DNA of 63,900 nt, filler included, from Octopus bimaculoides (GCF_001194135.2; 8 parts of 7 records of this genome joined end to end with filler, not necessarily neighbours in it), one strand, 5' to 3'. Positions 23,440-37,160 are shown, numbered from the whole stretch's first letter. The notes: a model not told the origin generated them from the letters alone. Numbers and translations are program-made.

Positions 23440-23960
23440 CATCCAACATCCAAGTACCAATCTCGAAATCCTAGCTATCCCCAGCAGAGCAGGTTTGGGT
23501 TTGCTATGCTCTCATGTCAATTCCGATTTCTCTGACATATTTCTCGAAATTGGTTGTTAGTGCTCCGAGTGCCCCTACAACTACTGAAATGGTAGACTCT
23601 CTCCTCATAGTTCACATTCTTGCGATTTCGTCTTTTAGTAGTCTGCACTTTTCAATATTTTCTAACTCTTTGTCACTTATGCGTGCATCTCCAGGTATTG
23701 CAATATCTATGATCTTGGTTTCCTTTTTCCTTCTATCTACTAAAACAGTATCTGGTCTCCGAGCCTCAATTAAGGAGTTACATTGGTTTGTAAAATCCCA
23801 CAGTCTCTTGTATTCCTTGTTCTCGGTGACTCCTTCTGGTTCATGTTCGTACCATTTCCGTGCTCTATTCAGGCCATATTTTTCACATAGCTTCCAGTGG
23901 ACGAACTTTTCCGCATTATTATGCCTCCTTTTGTAGTGCTTTTTGGCCAGCATGCTAATT
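23440..23960 (-). mobile_element. R4/Dong-like RLE fragment, lineage 3
   Basis: YKRRHN..VHWKLC..WYEH.PE.V.EN...LWDF..ARRPD.V..IIDIAIPGD. Confidence 0.85.
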
Positions 23961-24082
23961 ACTCACTCACAATATGTGAGATTGTTTCGTTTCTACTGCC
24001 ACACATCCTACAAAGGGATGATTATCTATTTGGAACTTTGTGTAATTAGTTCTCTGAGCTTTTCTTGGGCGCTGCAACAAGC

Positions 24083-24148
<66 letters not shown>

Positions 24149-24207
24149 CATTATTATTATGGCGGTGAGCTGGCAGAATCGTTAGGACTCCGGGCGAAAT
24201 GCTTAGC
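24083..24207 (+). repeat. (TTA)n followed by SINE B head (runs into gap)
   Basis: GGCGGTGAGCTGGCAGAATCGTTAG after about 25 TTA units. Confidence 0.8.
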
Positions 24208-25082
24208 NNNNNNNNNNNNNNNNNNNNNNNNNNNNNNNNNNNNNNNNNNNNNNNNNNNNNNNNNNNNNNNNNNNNNNNNNNNNNNNNNNNNNNNNNNNNN
24301 NNNNNNNNNNNNNNNNNNNNNNNNNNNNNNNNNNNNNNNNNNNNNNNNNNNNNNNNNNNNNNNNNNNNNNNNNNNNNNNNNNNNNNNNNNNNNNNNNNNN
24401 NNNNNNNNNNNNNNNNNNNNNNNNNNNNNNNNNNNNNNNNNNNNNNNNNNNNNNNNNNNNNNNNNNNNNNNNNNNNNNNNNNNNNNNNNNNNNNNNNNNN
24501 NNNNNNNNNNNNNNNNNNNNNNNNNNNNNNNNNNNNNNNNNNNNNNNNNNNNNNNNNNNNNNNNNNNNNNNNNNNNNNNNNNNNNNNNNNNNNNNNNNNN
24601 NNNNNNNNNNNNNNNNNNNNNNNNNNNNNNNNNNNNNNNNNNNNNNNNNNNNNNNNNNNNNNNNNNNNNNNNNNNNNNNNNNNNNNNNNNNNNNNNNNNN
24701 NNNNNNNNNNNNNNNNNNNNNNNNNNNNNNNNNNNNNNNNNNNNNNNNNNNNNNNNNNNNNNNNNNNNNNNNNNNNNNNNNNNNNNNNNNNNNNNNNNNN
24801 NNNNNNNNNNNNNNNNNNNNNNNNNNNNNNNNNNNNNNNNNNNNNNNNNNNNNNNNNNNNNNNNNNNNNNNNNNNNNNNNNNNNNNNNNNNNNNNNNNNN
24901 NNNNNNNNNNNNNNNNNNNNNNNNNNNNNNNNNNNNNNNNNNNNNNNNNNNNNNNNNNNNNNNNNNNNNNNNNNNNNNNNNNNNNNNNNNNNNNNNNNNN
25001 NNNNNNNNNNNNNNNNNNNNNNNNNNNNNNNNNNNNNNNNNNNNNNNNNNNNNNNNNNNNNNNNNNNNNNNNNNNNNNNNNN

Positions 25083-25496
25083 CTTTTACTCTTTTACTCT
25101 TTTACTTGTTTCAGTCATTTGACTGCGGCCATGCTGGAGCACCGCCTTTAGTCGAGCAAATCGACCCCAGGACTTAATCTTTGTAAGCCTAGTACTTATT
25201 CTATCGGTCTCTTTTTACGGAACCGCTAAGTTACGGGGACGTAAACACACCAGCATCGGTTGTCAAGCGATGTTGGGGTGGACAAACACAGACACACAAA
25301 CATACACACACATATATATATGTATATAAACATATATACGACGGGCTTCTTTCAGTTTCCGTCTACCAAATCCACTCACAAGGCTTTGGTCGGCCCGAGG
25401 CTATAGTAGAAAACACTTGTCCAAGGTGCCACGCAGTGGGTCTGAACCCATAACCATGTGGTTGGTAAGCAAGCTACTTACCACGCAGCTACTCCT
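25083..25496 (-). mobile_element. SINE family A, near full length
   Basis: Reverse complement of the family A head, body and tail. Confidence 0.9.
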
Positions 25497-25498
25497 AC

Positions 25499-25555
<57 letters not shown>

Positions 25556-25760
25556 CATCATCATCATTATTATTATTATTATTATACACTCATTCACTAC
25601 TTACCTTGAAAATATCTTTAATTCTTATTAAAGTGTGTAACCTAGTACCAGATTTTATCCACGGGCTTTCTGTAATGGCTGATATAACTGCAACAAAAAA
25701 ATATTATCATCATCATCATCATCATTATCATTGTAATTACTATCATTATTATTTTTATTG

Positions 25761-26314
25761 ATTGAGAGAGCAGTGCATGCCATCAAAGTGACACTGGGGT
25801 AAAATATACGAACACCAGTATACCCATCATGACTACCCGTCTGATAAGGGTACACCAGACACATGCATCACAGCCATATGTGACTGACATGGTGATCTTA
25901 TAGCAAGATTAACAGCGAATGACCTCGCATGTGGGACGCAGTTTGAATTTTCTTCGGTTCGAGTAGCCCATCCCGCTCAAATGGTCCTTGTATAAGGATT
26001 GTTTATGGATGTTGAATGAAACACCAATGTTTCCAAGAGTGAATTATCCAAACCCCAAAGAATTCCTCTCAACACATGGCTATGATGCTCCCCCACTACT
26101 TCTGCCCGTGATCAGAGATGCACGCATCGTCAGCCACCAAGAGACATGCTCAACTGCTTAATGTCAAACAATTGACAAGCAAATCTGTGGTATTGAGCAA
26201 AATATTTGCTGTAGCCCATCTTTTATACCAAGACAAAACAACGAACATGATAACACTTCCAATCAGTTAAGGTGAGAAGCCATGAGAGCCTCTGCCTGGT
26301 ACTGCATCAGGGCA
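25761..26314. repeat. Family C (full copy 2)
   Basis: Colinear with the other copies; (TTA)n flanks. Confidence 0.9.
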
Positions 26315-26376
<62 letters not shown>

Positions 26377-26489
26377 TATTATTGTTATTATCATTGTTGT
26401 TCTTGTTGCTGCTGTTTATGAACTATGTTTCCACATGTCTGACTTATTTGCTCCGGTTTGGGCAGCTGTCTACTGCTCCTGACAGCAAA

Positions 26490-28283
26490 CGGGAAGCATT
26501 TCCAGTCGTGTGAGCTGGGGAATGGTAACACTACTGAGGAAGGATTCGAACAAGGAGGATATGATTGAAAATTTCAGGCTCATAACTCCACTCAACGCTG
26601 ATTTAAAGATTTTAGCTAAGGTGCTCTCCAAGATGATGGCGCTTGTTGTCGGTGGTATAGTTGGGGATGTACAAACCTTTTTACACACTGGTAGATCTAT
26701 CTACAACCTCAACGTCATATGATACATCGTAGAACGGGTCGGGAATAAACCTGGCTTTGGAGAGGAACTGGTCAATTCGACCAGTCAAAAGCTTTTCACA
26801 GCGTGGACCATCGCTATCTGGTGTTTGTCTTAAAACTTGTCGATTTCGGTTCCGTCTTCAGTGACTGGATCATCACAATGTATAGTGGCATCTGCTCGGT
26901 CGTCAAACTAAATGGCCACCTCTAAGAACCTTTCAGCATTGAACGCACGGTTCGCCAACAATGCTCTCTCTCCTTGCTTTTATATATTTTAGCTTTAGAA
27001 CCCTTGCTGCGAAGGCTGGAGAATTTGAGGGGTATCCCACTAGAACTAGGTCACAGGAGAGCTGTTTCTGCATACGCACACGACGTCACTGCCACGATGT
27101 CGGACTCTTCAGATATAGAAACGATTGTCACTTTAATGAAAGAATATCAGGCATGCACAGGTTCACTAATAAACCAGGACAAATCAATATGTCTGGAGAG
27201 GCAAGTTCATGTAGACTATTGGCGACTTCTGTCGCTGAAAGGAGGGTCTGGTGAAAGTGCTCGGAGTCTGTTTTGGACCAGATCTCCAGGTAGTTAGGAG
27301 CTGAAAAGGGTCATGACTTGGGTGACCAAGCTCAACCGCAAATGAGCAGAAAGGATGCTGTCTCTGAAAGGCTGGGCAGAAGTAACGAATGCATATATCA
27401 CTTCGGTAGTGTACTACCGCTTAGCTGTCGTACCTTGTCCTAAGAAAACTCTGGTCAGATCAGAGCACTTGCTTTTCTGATTCTTATGGAAGTTTCAGCT
27501 AGTCAGAAAATCCATCTGCCGTCAACCCACATACTGTGTTGGTCTTGGGATGCCATCTTTTGTGATGCTTTGAGGTTGTCGCACCTACAGAAATATCTAA
27601 ATCAATGTGATAGTGCAAACAACAGCAACGAAAATAGGGGTAAACTGGTGTGGGCGTCCTTTGTGCAACACGTCTTTCGGCAGCTCATCTCATTGGCAGA
27701 GCTGCGGTCATGGGCCAAACGTTGACCAAGGCTGGACGTTTGGTATCTCTAGAATGTTGCCAGTCGGGAAAACAACCCAAGATTTCTATAGGGAGTTAAT
27801 TGAGCGTATGAAGGATGAAGGCCTAGGAGTGAATCTAGACATCGACGAGAACAGTCTAAGTAGTCTCTTCTGGAGGACCTTCGGGTCGAAGATCATGAGC
27901 AGTTTCCAAACATCTTTGGCATGGCAGTGGGGCATTACATGTTTGTGACAAACTCTTCAGGTATGGAGGTGCCAACAGCTGAACTTACTTGAGATACTTG
28001 CAGGGGGGACGAATCCGTCCTGCATGCAATAATTCAATGTCCGCGCATTAGAGAATTGTGGGATTGAGTGGAGCAGCTGTTGTCGCGTGTAAGACGAATT
28101 CAGCTGTCTGCCGAGTGTATAGCGAAGACCGACGTACCACTTTTCCTTAGAAGAGAAGGTAGGCAGATCTTTGTCTGCTTAGTGGCTATGGCAAAAGAGG
28201 GTGTGTGTTGGACCCATCTGAAAGGTTTGAAGACAAACAATTCTCTATTTTTCGAATCACTCATCAATTTCTTCAAATATCAT
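26490..28283 (+). mobile_element. Tx1/L1-clade LINE RT to C-terminal Zn region, copy 2
   Basis: DLKILAKVL; DQSKAF..VDH; LLYILALEPLL; SAYAHDV; IN.DKS; ESVLHAIIQCP..LW; ends FFKYH at gap. Confidence 0.9.
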
Positions 28284-28386
28284 NNNNNNNNNNNNNNNNN
28301 NNNNNNNNNNNNNNNNNNNNNNNNNNNTTAATTAATTAANNNNNNNNNNNNNNNNNNNNNNNNNNNNNNNNNNNNNNNNNNNNCTG

Positions 28387-28414
28387 CCTAACCCTAACCC
28401 TAACCCTAACCCTA
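28387..28414. repeat. (CCCTAA)~4.7 telomere-like tract
   Basis: Direct reading; adjacent to a scaffold gap. Confidence 0.85.
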
Positions 28415-29204
28415 CTGCCAATATGCTTCAGCCATTTTTTGACAAGGAAATAATAATTTTATCACCGCCAGAATTGTTTGAGAATCGTTTGTTTACATAG
28501 TCAGCACTTACTGTATTCGGCTGAATGGACGTCAGTCATTGGTTGAAATTACAGAAATACAACTTTAACATGAAATAACTTGCGATGTACGTTTTTTTTG
28601 TTAAGGAGACTAAGAGAAAAAGATGTTTTATATGACACATTCTACCAGTGTCCCAGGTTTCAAAGTGTTTCGTTAAGAAAATACTGGTGCTCCCGTTTTG
28701 AACTAGATCCTATCTGTGTATGTGCCTTCGTGTTTGTCCCGCACCACCGCTCGACAACTGGTGTTGGTTAGTTTACGTCCCCGTTACTTAGAGATCAATA
28801 AAGTATTAAAAAAACACAAAAAAAAACAAGTACTGAGATCGGTTGAGGTTCGCCTAAATCGGATCTTTTCTGAAAATTCCAAAAAATAAAAAAGTCATGA
28901 AGAGTTATATGTTGTGCGTAAAGCGGAAGTTGATTTATTTACAGTTTCATAGTAAAATACGTCAAGCACACGACAGTTTCCAAATCTTGTTTTCTGGCTT
29001 GGTGAAAATTACCAAACTTTAAACCTTTATAACTTCTTAAAAAAAATTTTCTGGTAAAAGTGAAATATCTCCTGAGATTCAGCTTGGGAAAATACATTAA
29101 TGTACCAAAAGTCTTTTAAGCTACTGCCCCAGAATGGCTGCTGTCCAAGTAGAATATAAAATATATAGTGTATACATCTATATATGTACATATAATAGGG
29201 TAAT

Positions 29205-29510
29205 GAATGACAATGGGATTGCACCTAGAAAGTTACCCTCCAAGGCACAAGTCCGGTCAAGGTTGTTTATGGAAGAACAGCAGTCACCCATGCATACCAG
29301 CCTCCCTTCTCCTCACCACTGCTGTTATCCGAGGGAAAAGGCAAAGGCTGATGCAGCTTGGCACCATTGCAAGTCATTTCTACGGCTGAGTGAACTGGAG
29401 CAACGTGAAATAAAGTGTCTTACTCAAGAACACCCCGGTCCTGGAATCGAACTCTCTACTTCATGATAAGTGAGCCTGACGCACTAACCACTGAGTCATG
29501 CGCCTTCAAG
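29205..29510 (-). mobile_element. SINE family D variant
   Basis: Reverse complement of TGAAGGCGCATGACTCAGTGGTTAG..GTTCGATTCC head and ..TTCTAGGTGCAATCCCAT tail. Confidence 0.8.
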
Positions 29511-29841
29511 TACATATAACACTAAATTTATATCAGCCAATGTGTCATTTTTGTTTATAAAAAGTCGGGCGTAAGTTGAAGGAATTTGCTGCTATTACTA
29601 GCATGTACAGACGTTCCCGCATTGGCTCGTGATATCAAGTGTATATATTTCCTGGTTGAGTGCTTCACGTGGATTCTCCAGTTGACGATCGCTCATTAAT
29701 TGCCTATTGTTATCGATGTCAAAATACCAGGGGGTCAGTAACATTTAGAGATAGCGGCGGGTTAAAGTTCAAATGGAAACAACATTAGCTGCCCTCGTGC
29801 GTTTCGTTATGTAGGTCAGATTACACACTCACTCTCCCTTT

Positions 29842-29896
<55 letters not shown>

Positions 29897-30904
29897 CCCC
29901 CTTCTCTCTCTCTCTCATTTCATTTCTTATTTTATTGTATTATCAATTGTTTTATTAAAGCAATCAAGGAATCATTAACTAAACATNNNNNNNNNNNNNN
30001 NNNNNNNNNNNNNNNNNNNNNNNNNNNNNNTTAATTAATTAANNNNNNNNNNNNNNNNNNNNNNNNNNNNNNNNNNNNNNNNNNNNTATATATATATATA
30101 TATGTATGCATGTGAATATATATATATGTGTGAGTGCGTGTGTATAAATAGACAAATATATATATACATATATACATATATACATATGTGTGTGTGTATG
30201 TGTGTGTGTGTGTGTGTGTGTGTTTATTCAGTACGTTGGAATTGGCTACATGGTGGGCAGGTGGGCCGGTTGGTTGGTTGGTTGGCTGTTTGGTTGATTC
30301 TTTGGTTCGTTGGTTAGTAAGTTGGTCGGTTGCTGTCGTTTTCTAAAGCTGACGATCTTATCAGACAGATTGGTGTATATAAAGCTAGGTAACTTGTAAA
30401 ACGAGATTGGATTGTGTTGACGTAAAACGAAACTGATGTTAGAGATATGACATAACATCTGCGATGCTGTGTGTTACAGCGTGTTGTAGCTGTTTCTTTC
30501 GACAAGGTTGCGGTTTGCAATGTATGCGAATGTCGGTTCTTCTCCTGACAGTTTCTTGATCGAGTGCTTTAACTTTAAAATAACCGTGTAGTAAATAGCT
30601 GAATTGAGAGTACATCTATGACTATTGCGTAAAATTAGTGGTAATGGCTAAACTAACCTTCTCTGAGAACATACTCTCGTATATTAAAAGATTTCAGAAA
30701 CGGCAAAACATGAAAAGTAAATCTTGAATACAGCGTAATACATTTTGTGGTGAAAGGAAGAAGCGAAAAGAAATTCCACATTTCGGACAGTATGCCTTAG
30801 ATTGCCTGAAGACACAAGGCGTGCTATCAAAACTTGACTAGGCTTATATCTCTAATGCATGAAACAGTTAGTAGCTCGTAACCGTGTACTGTGTACATTA
30901 AATA

Positions 30905-30946
30905 GTGTGTGTGTATGTGTGTATGTGTGTGTGTATGTGTATGTGT

Positions 30947-31041
<95 letters not shown>
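30905..31041. repeat. (GT)n microsatellite
   Basis: Direct reading. Confidence 0.95.
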
Positions 31042-31042
<1 letters not shown>

Positions 31043-31696
31043 ATACAGAGGACTTACCAGAGATAAGCGACTTCATCGGCCTATGTATATTATCAGCACT
31101 ACAGAGTCAACAGCCTATTTCTCTGAAATTTCAATCCTCAAAATCAAAAATTTAGTAAAGAATTGCAAAATCGGAGGATTCTCCATTGCAATAAATCAGT
31201 TAATTTTCTCGATGTCATCCAAGACTTAGAATCTTCTATTTAAAAAGTCAACGAAAAAGAAAACAAACAAAAATCAACATATACACAGACAATATAAAAA
31301 TTCAAAAATGTTTATTAAAAATATATTCAAAAACATATCACTAAGACTCTGTTCTTTATTATCCATTATACAAATATTCACTGAAATATGCCCTCCATAT
31401 ATCTCAAGCTCTTCATAACTAAAAAAACAAGCATATCATTCCTTACAACTAACAACTTTGAAAAAATAAATGTAGCCAATTGTAACAATTCGTATCTTTC
31501 AAAATATGAGAAACGAGCAAGTCTTATCTTGGAAGCCACTGTCAAACTTTTCCTTGTAAAAGTTAATAAATATGTACTCGACTAAAACGTATTGAGTATT
31601 TAGTGAGGAGAGAAAGTCCTGAGAATTCAAAGTTGGTAGGAATCTAAAGATGGTAAAAGCATATATGGGAGGGGGTGGAATTCCATGTATGTATAT

Positions 31697-32087
31697 TCAT
31701 TTATTCTTTTAATTGTTTCAGTCATTTGAATGCAGCCATGCTGGAGGACCACCTTGGATGATTTTAGTCGAACAATTCTACTCAGAATAAGCCTAGAACT
31801 TATTCTATCACTCTCAGTTCCCGAACGGCTAAGTTACGGAGGATGTAACCACACCGACACCAGTTGTCAAACGGTGATGGGGGAACAAACACAGACACAG
31901 ACACATATATATGTATTCATGTAGATATGCGACGAGCTTCCTTCAGTTTCCGTCTAAGAAATCCACTCACAGGGCTTTGGTCGGCGCGAGGCTATAATGG
32001 AAGGCACTTGCCCAAAGTACTATGCAGTGCGACTGAATCCACAACCATGTAGCTGGGACGCAAGCTTCCTAGTGCACAAACACGCCT
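31697..32087 (-). mobile_element. SINE family A, diverged
   Basis: Family A body and tail in reverse. Confidence 0.8.
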
Positions 32088-32250
32088 AAGTAAATGCGTG
32101 TGTGTATGTGTATGTGTCTGCATGTATGTGTGTGTATGCTGTTGAGAATGACGCGAGCACGAGGGGAATGGAACAAATGGTGTGGCCTGCGGAGACAGCA
32201 GACCGCCTACCAATCCGGATGATATGCATATATATATATATATATATATA

Positions 32251-32353
32251 GTGAAGGTGCATGTCTCAGTGGTTAGGGCGTCGAGCTGCGTGTTGTGTTC
32301 TTGAGCAAGACACTTTATTTCACGTTGCTCCAGTTCACTCAGCTGTAGAAATG
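32251..32353 (+). mobile_element. SINE family D head (internal deletion, runs into gap)
   Basis: GTGAAGGTGCATGTCTCAGTGGTTAG..TTGAGCAAGACACTTTATTTC. Confidence 0.8.
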
Positions 32354-34339
32354 NNNNNNNNNNNNNNNNNNNNNNNNNNNNNNNNNNNNNNNNNNNNNNN
32401 NNNNNNNNNNNNNNNNNNNNNNNNNNNNNNNNNNNNNNNNNNNNNNNNNNNNNNNNNNNNNNNNNNNNNNNNNNNNNNNNNNNNNNNNNNNNNNNNNNNN
32501 NNNNNNNNNNNNNNNNNNNNNNNNNNNNNNNNNNNNNNNNNNNNNNNNNNNNNNNNNNNNNNNNNNNNNNNNNNNNNNNNNNNNNNNNNNNNNNNNNNNN
32601 NNNNNNNNNNNNNNNNNNNNNNNNNNNNNNNNNNNNNNNNNNNNNNNNNNNNNNNNNNNNNNNNNNNNNNNNNNNNNNNNNNNNNNNNNNNNNNNNNNNN
32701 NNNNNNNNNNNNNNNNNNNNNNNNNNNNNNNNNNNNNNNNNNNNNNNNNNNNNNNNNNNNNNNNNNNNNNNNNNNNNNNNNNNNNNNNNNNNNNNNNNNN
32801 NNNNNNNNNNNNNNNNNNNNNNNNNNNNNNNNNNNNNNNNNNNNNNNNNNNNNNNNNNNNNNNNNNNNNNNNNNNNNNNNNNNNNNNNNNNNNNNNNNNN
32901 NNNNNNNNNNNNNNNNNNNNNNNNNNNNNNNNNNNNNNNNNNNNNNNNNNNNNNNNNNNNNNNNNNNNNNNNNNNNNNNNNNNNNNNNNNNNNNNNNNNN
33001 NNNNNNNNNNNNNNNNNNNNNNNNNNNNNNNNNNNNNNNNNNNNNNNNNNNNNNNNNNNNNNNNNATCAATATAATTTGCAGAACTATGCACGAATTGTC
33101 TTCATAAAATTTGACGTGCGTACAGTTCTACCAATTACATTGGGGTTATTTTCAAATGTCTCAGCTCTGGCGCGCTAAATTCCGGAAACAGTTCTGCAGA
33201 GGATAATTCACTGTAGAATATGTTGCCGGCTAGAAAACATTATTGAATATTTGAATTTCTGAATTTTTTTTCTTTTTTCTTTTGGAATTTTTCTTTTCTT
33301 TTTAAAAGTTTTGCTGTGGTTTACACTTTTTGTAGTTGTGCAGTCTGTATATATTGGCATGTGCTTACTTCCTTATTTTTTTATCGTGTATTTAATTGTG
33401 TTGTTACAATAAAAGGCATGTTTACATATTCTGTTAGTCAGGGAAGAAGGGAAGGCAAAATGTTCACACAAAATTGGAGATAATAAAGTTTCTAAATTTT
33501 TTGAGGTGTTCGTTTGTACGTCCAAAGCTGTAGATATGTAAGTTCCTTAACTTATTTGGACAGAAATTCAAAATACTCACAGAAAATTGTAGATATTCCA
33601 GTCTTTTAGAGTTACTTTTTCAGTTGTCCTGCTGGGTTGTGTTAGTGTTTCTGTGCCTTCAACTGCTGATAGGTCAGAGCAGCGAGGAACACGTCCAATT
33701 CGAAAATGTAAACATCCTTTTCATTGCAAAAGTCTTACTGTATTCTCCAACTGGACAGACAAACGAACATCTCCAGAAAACTTGACAACTTTAATATATT
33801 ACCCAAATACGTAAACACACATTTTATTGCAACAACACAATTGAATTCAGACATTCAAAAATTCAACGACGTGAATATCAGTATATGTATATGTGTGTGT
33901 GTGTAATTATTATTGTTTTTTTCTACCAGTAATTACAGATAGAACAGGTTGAATTGCTTCTTTGCAAGGCAGCGCTCCCAGTATCCACTGGTAGTAGTAA
34001 ACACATTTGACCTCTGCTGACCTAAAGGGTGCGAATAGTCCCTTGTCTCTATGGCTGACCTCCCCACCATCTGCCGAATCTATTTATAGATCTGTAGAAT
34101 ATGATCTATTCACCAAACTGCTACCCTCAAACAATAGTAGTGGTGGTGATGGTGATGGTAAAACATTAATACTACAACTACTACTACTATGATAGCACAG
34201 GAATCTGAGGCCCAACCACTACCCCCCTTAACACTACCCCCACCCCTACTACTGTTGCTGTTGCTGTTGCTGCAATCACTGCTGCTACAGCACATAAAAA
34301 CAATAATACCAGTGATATCAGTGATGATAATAATAATAT

Positions 34340-36347
34340 TAACGAAAGCAAACGGGTGGAGCCTCGTCCTCCGCATGGGCTAATTAATGACACATCTATT
34401 GATGGTATCACAATAAAAAAAATGGTAACTGCGCAACCTTATAATCGCTACCTCATGAAAAAACAAAATATTGTGAATAACGGTGGGAATGAAACTGAAG
34501 CCAATGATGGTGACAGTGTTACACTCGGTAGGCTCAGAGATTCTGGTCCGGCTTCAGCCTGTCGAGATCCAGAAAGGGACCACCACACACGGCGTAAATG
34601 GAGCAAGCAAGTTAATGCTGTGGTCATAGAGTGTTACTACCTGAGCAGCCCGGAAGATGAAAATGGTGCTCAAATTAGGGGTTACTGACTACATATGTAA
34701 GATCATTGAAGACAAATGGGATTTTTCAGAGACTATGTGATCAAGCTAGAGCAATAAGAAAAAAATTGTTGGTTCACAGAAGTAGAGCTCGAAGCTATCA
34801 AAAGACGGGTCATGGAAAATAGCAGCAGAGATAACAATGAAAATACAGTTCTTACTAATAAGAGTAATCCCATAGCACAGGAAAGGAGCAGTGGTAGCTT
34901 ACTTGATGAGAGACATATAGATGATCTAAAAGGAGACAACAAAACTAATGGCGACATGACAAAAGGCAATTTACGACAGAATAAAAGTAAGACTACAACA
35001 GAACGATAGCGACATTATTTACAACCTTAAAAAGGTTGATCGATGGAAATTGAACCAAGAAACGAAAAATGTCAATGAAATTCTGAAATATATCAGAACA
35101 AACAACATCACAGAAACAAATAATTTAATCAAGGCAGCAAGTATTGCTGTAGCAGAAAACGTGGGTGCTGATGTCAAGAAAAAGTAATGTAATGGGAGTG
35201 ACAAAAGAAAAGATCCATGGTGGAAAAGAAGAATCCAAGCAGGGTTAGACATGCTCTCGAAGGAAATCTCTGTGTTAGACCAAAAAGTGAAAGGGTGGGG
35301 GGCTTAAAAGCGAACAAAAATGCAGGGCGCTGAAAAGGAAGTATAATATTGAAAGAAAGGGCCTGAAAGTAATAGTGGAGGAACTGAAACAAGGCCTCGT
35401 TGCAAAGAAAGCAAAGATGGTAAGATACAAATGAAATCCAAACTAAAACTGGAACAGCAACGGACCATGATAAAACGATGGCAAGAAAAGCCCCTTCATG
35501 GCAAATACTGGGCTAAACTAAATGCAAAAGAAATAGACAGAGAAAAATCCCAGCAATAGTTGAGAAGTTCAGGACTCAAAGCAGAGACTGGAGGATTTTT
35601 AATTGCAGCACAAGATCAAAGCCTCCCCACCAGAAATGACGAAAAACATATAATGAAATGAAACATAACAAGTAACTGCAGAATATGTGGCGATGGACAA
35701 GAAACAATAAATCATATTGTCCCTGGCTGCCCAGTCCTGGCTAAGAAGGAATATATTCACAGACACGACAGAGCTGGGACCTATATACTCTGGAAGCTAT
35801 ACCAACACTATGGAATAACAACAGAAAAAAATGGTATTGGCACACGCCAGAAAAGGTCACATAAAACGAGAAAGCAACCATACTTTGGGATATGCCAATA
35901 CACACAGATAGAGAAATTAAGGCCAATAGGCCAGATATAGTTATCAGAGATCATGAAGAAAAAAAATGCTTTTTAATTGATGTATCAATACCAGGAGATG
36001 ACAACATTTCTCTAAAAGAAATGGAGAAACTTTCAAAATACAAAGACCTCGAAATAGAGGTAACTCAAATATGGAATCTAAAAACAGAAACAATTCCTAT
36101 CTTAGTAGGTGCATTAGGTGTGATAAAAAAAATATTCAGGCAAATACATAACAAAAACACCAGGACTTACAAGAATATATAACATACAGAAAATTGCACT
36201 ACTGGGCACTGCACACATCCTACGCAAAACACTTTCAATACAGTAACCATAAGAGCATCACAGCAAACCACAGCACATACCCAAGGCACACAGAGCTGCA
36301 CTCGGTAGTGAAGTGAAAGCACACTATAAAAATAAAACTACTGAATA
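34340..36347 (+). mobile_element. R4/Dong-like LINE with both ends but the RT domain deleted
   Basis: N-terminal RRKWS..V.ECYYLS..RGY and PWWK.RI..EELKQ.L.AK..RY joined directly at ~35430 to MKSKLK..WQEKPLHG, Zn knuckle, RLE and 3' UTR. Confidence 0.85.
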
Positions 36348-36690
36348 NNNNNNNNNNNNNNNNNNNNNNNNNNNNNNNNNNNNNNNNNNNNNNNNNNNNN
36401 NNNNNNNNNNNNNNNNNNNNNNNNNNNNNNNNNNNNNNNNNNNNNNNNNNNNNNNNNNNNNNNNNNNNNNNNNNNNNNNNNNNNNNNNNNNNNNNNNNNN
36501 NNNNNNNNNNNNNNNNNNNNNNNNNNNNNNNNNNNNNNNNNNNNNNNNNNNNNNNNNNNNNNNNNNNNNNNNNNNNNNNNNNNNNNNNNNNNNNNNNNNN
36601 NNNNNNNNNNNNNNNNNNNNNNNNNNNNNNNNNNNNNNNNNNNNNNNNNNNNNNNNNNNNNNNNNNNNNNNNNAAATAAAACTACTGAAC

Positions 36691-36727
<37 letters not shown>

Positions 36728-36739
36728 TTTTCTTCGATA

Positions 36740-37160
36740 GGCACAAGGCCTGAAGTTCTGAGGAGAGGGGGATAGTCGATTACATCGACTCCAGTGCTTA
36801 ACTGGTATTTAATTTATTGACCCCGAAAGGATGAAAGGCAAAGTCGATCTTAGCGAAATTTGAAATCGGAACGTAGAGTCGGAGGAAATACTGTTAAGCG
36901 GTGACCGTTATGACAGGTCGCTACCTTCATAATAATAATGATGATAATAATGGTTTCAAATTTTAGCACAAGGCCAGAAATTTCCGAGTAGAGAGTAAAC
37001 CCAACGACGCAAGTGCTCAGCTGGTACGTATTTTATTGATCTCAAAAGAATGACAGGCAAAATCGACCTCAGCGGCATTTGAACTCAGAACATAGTGACG
37101 GACGAAATAATATTAAGCATTTTGACCGGGGCGATAACGATTCTGCCAGCTCGCCGCCTA
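36740..37160 (-). mobile_element. Two tandem SINE B copies separated by (TAA)n
   Basis: Reverse-complement family B bodies at 36740-36925 and 36960-37160. Confidence 0.85.

Noticed and set aside
36330-36690. Tandem duplication of the R4 3' end (AAATAAAACTACTGAA on both sides of the gap)
   Set aside because: It cannot be distinguished from contig-end overlap without reads.
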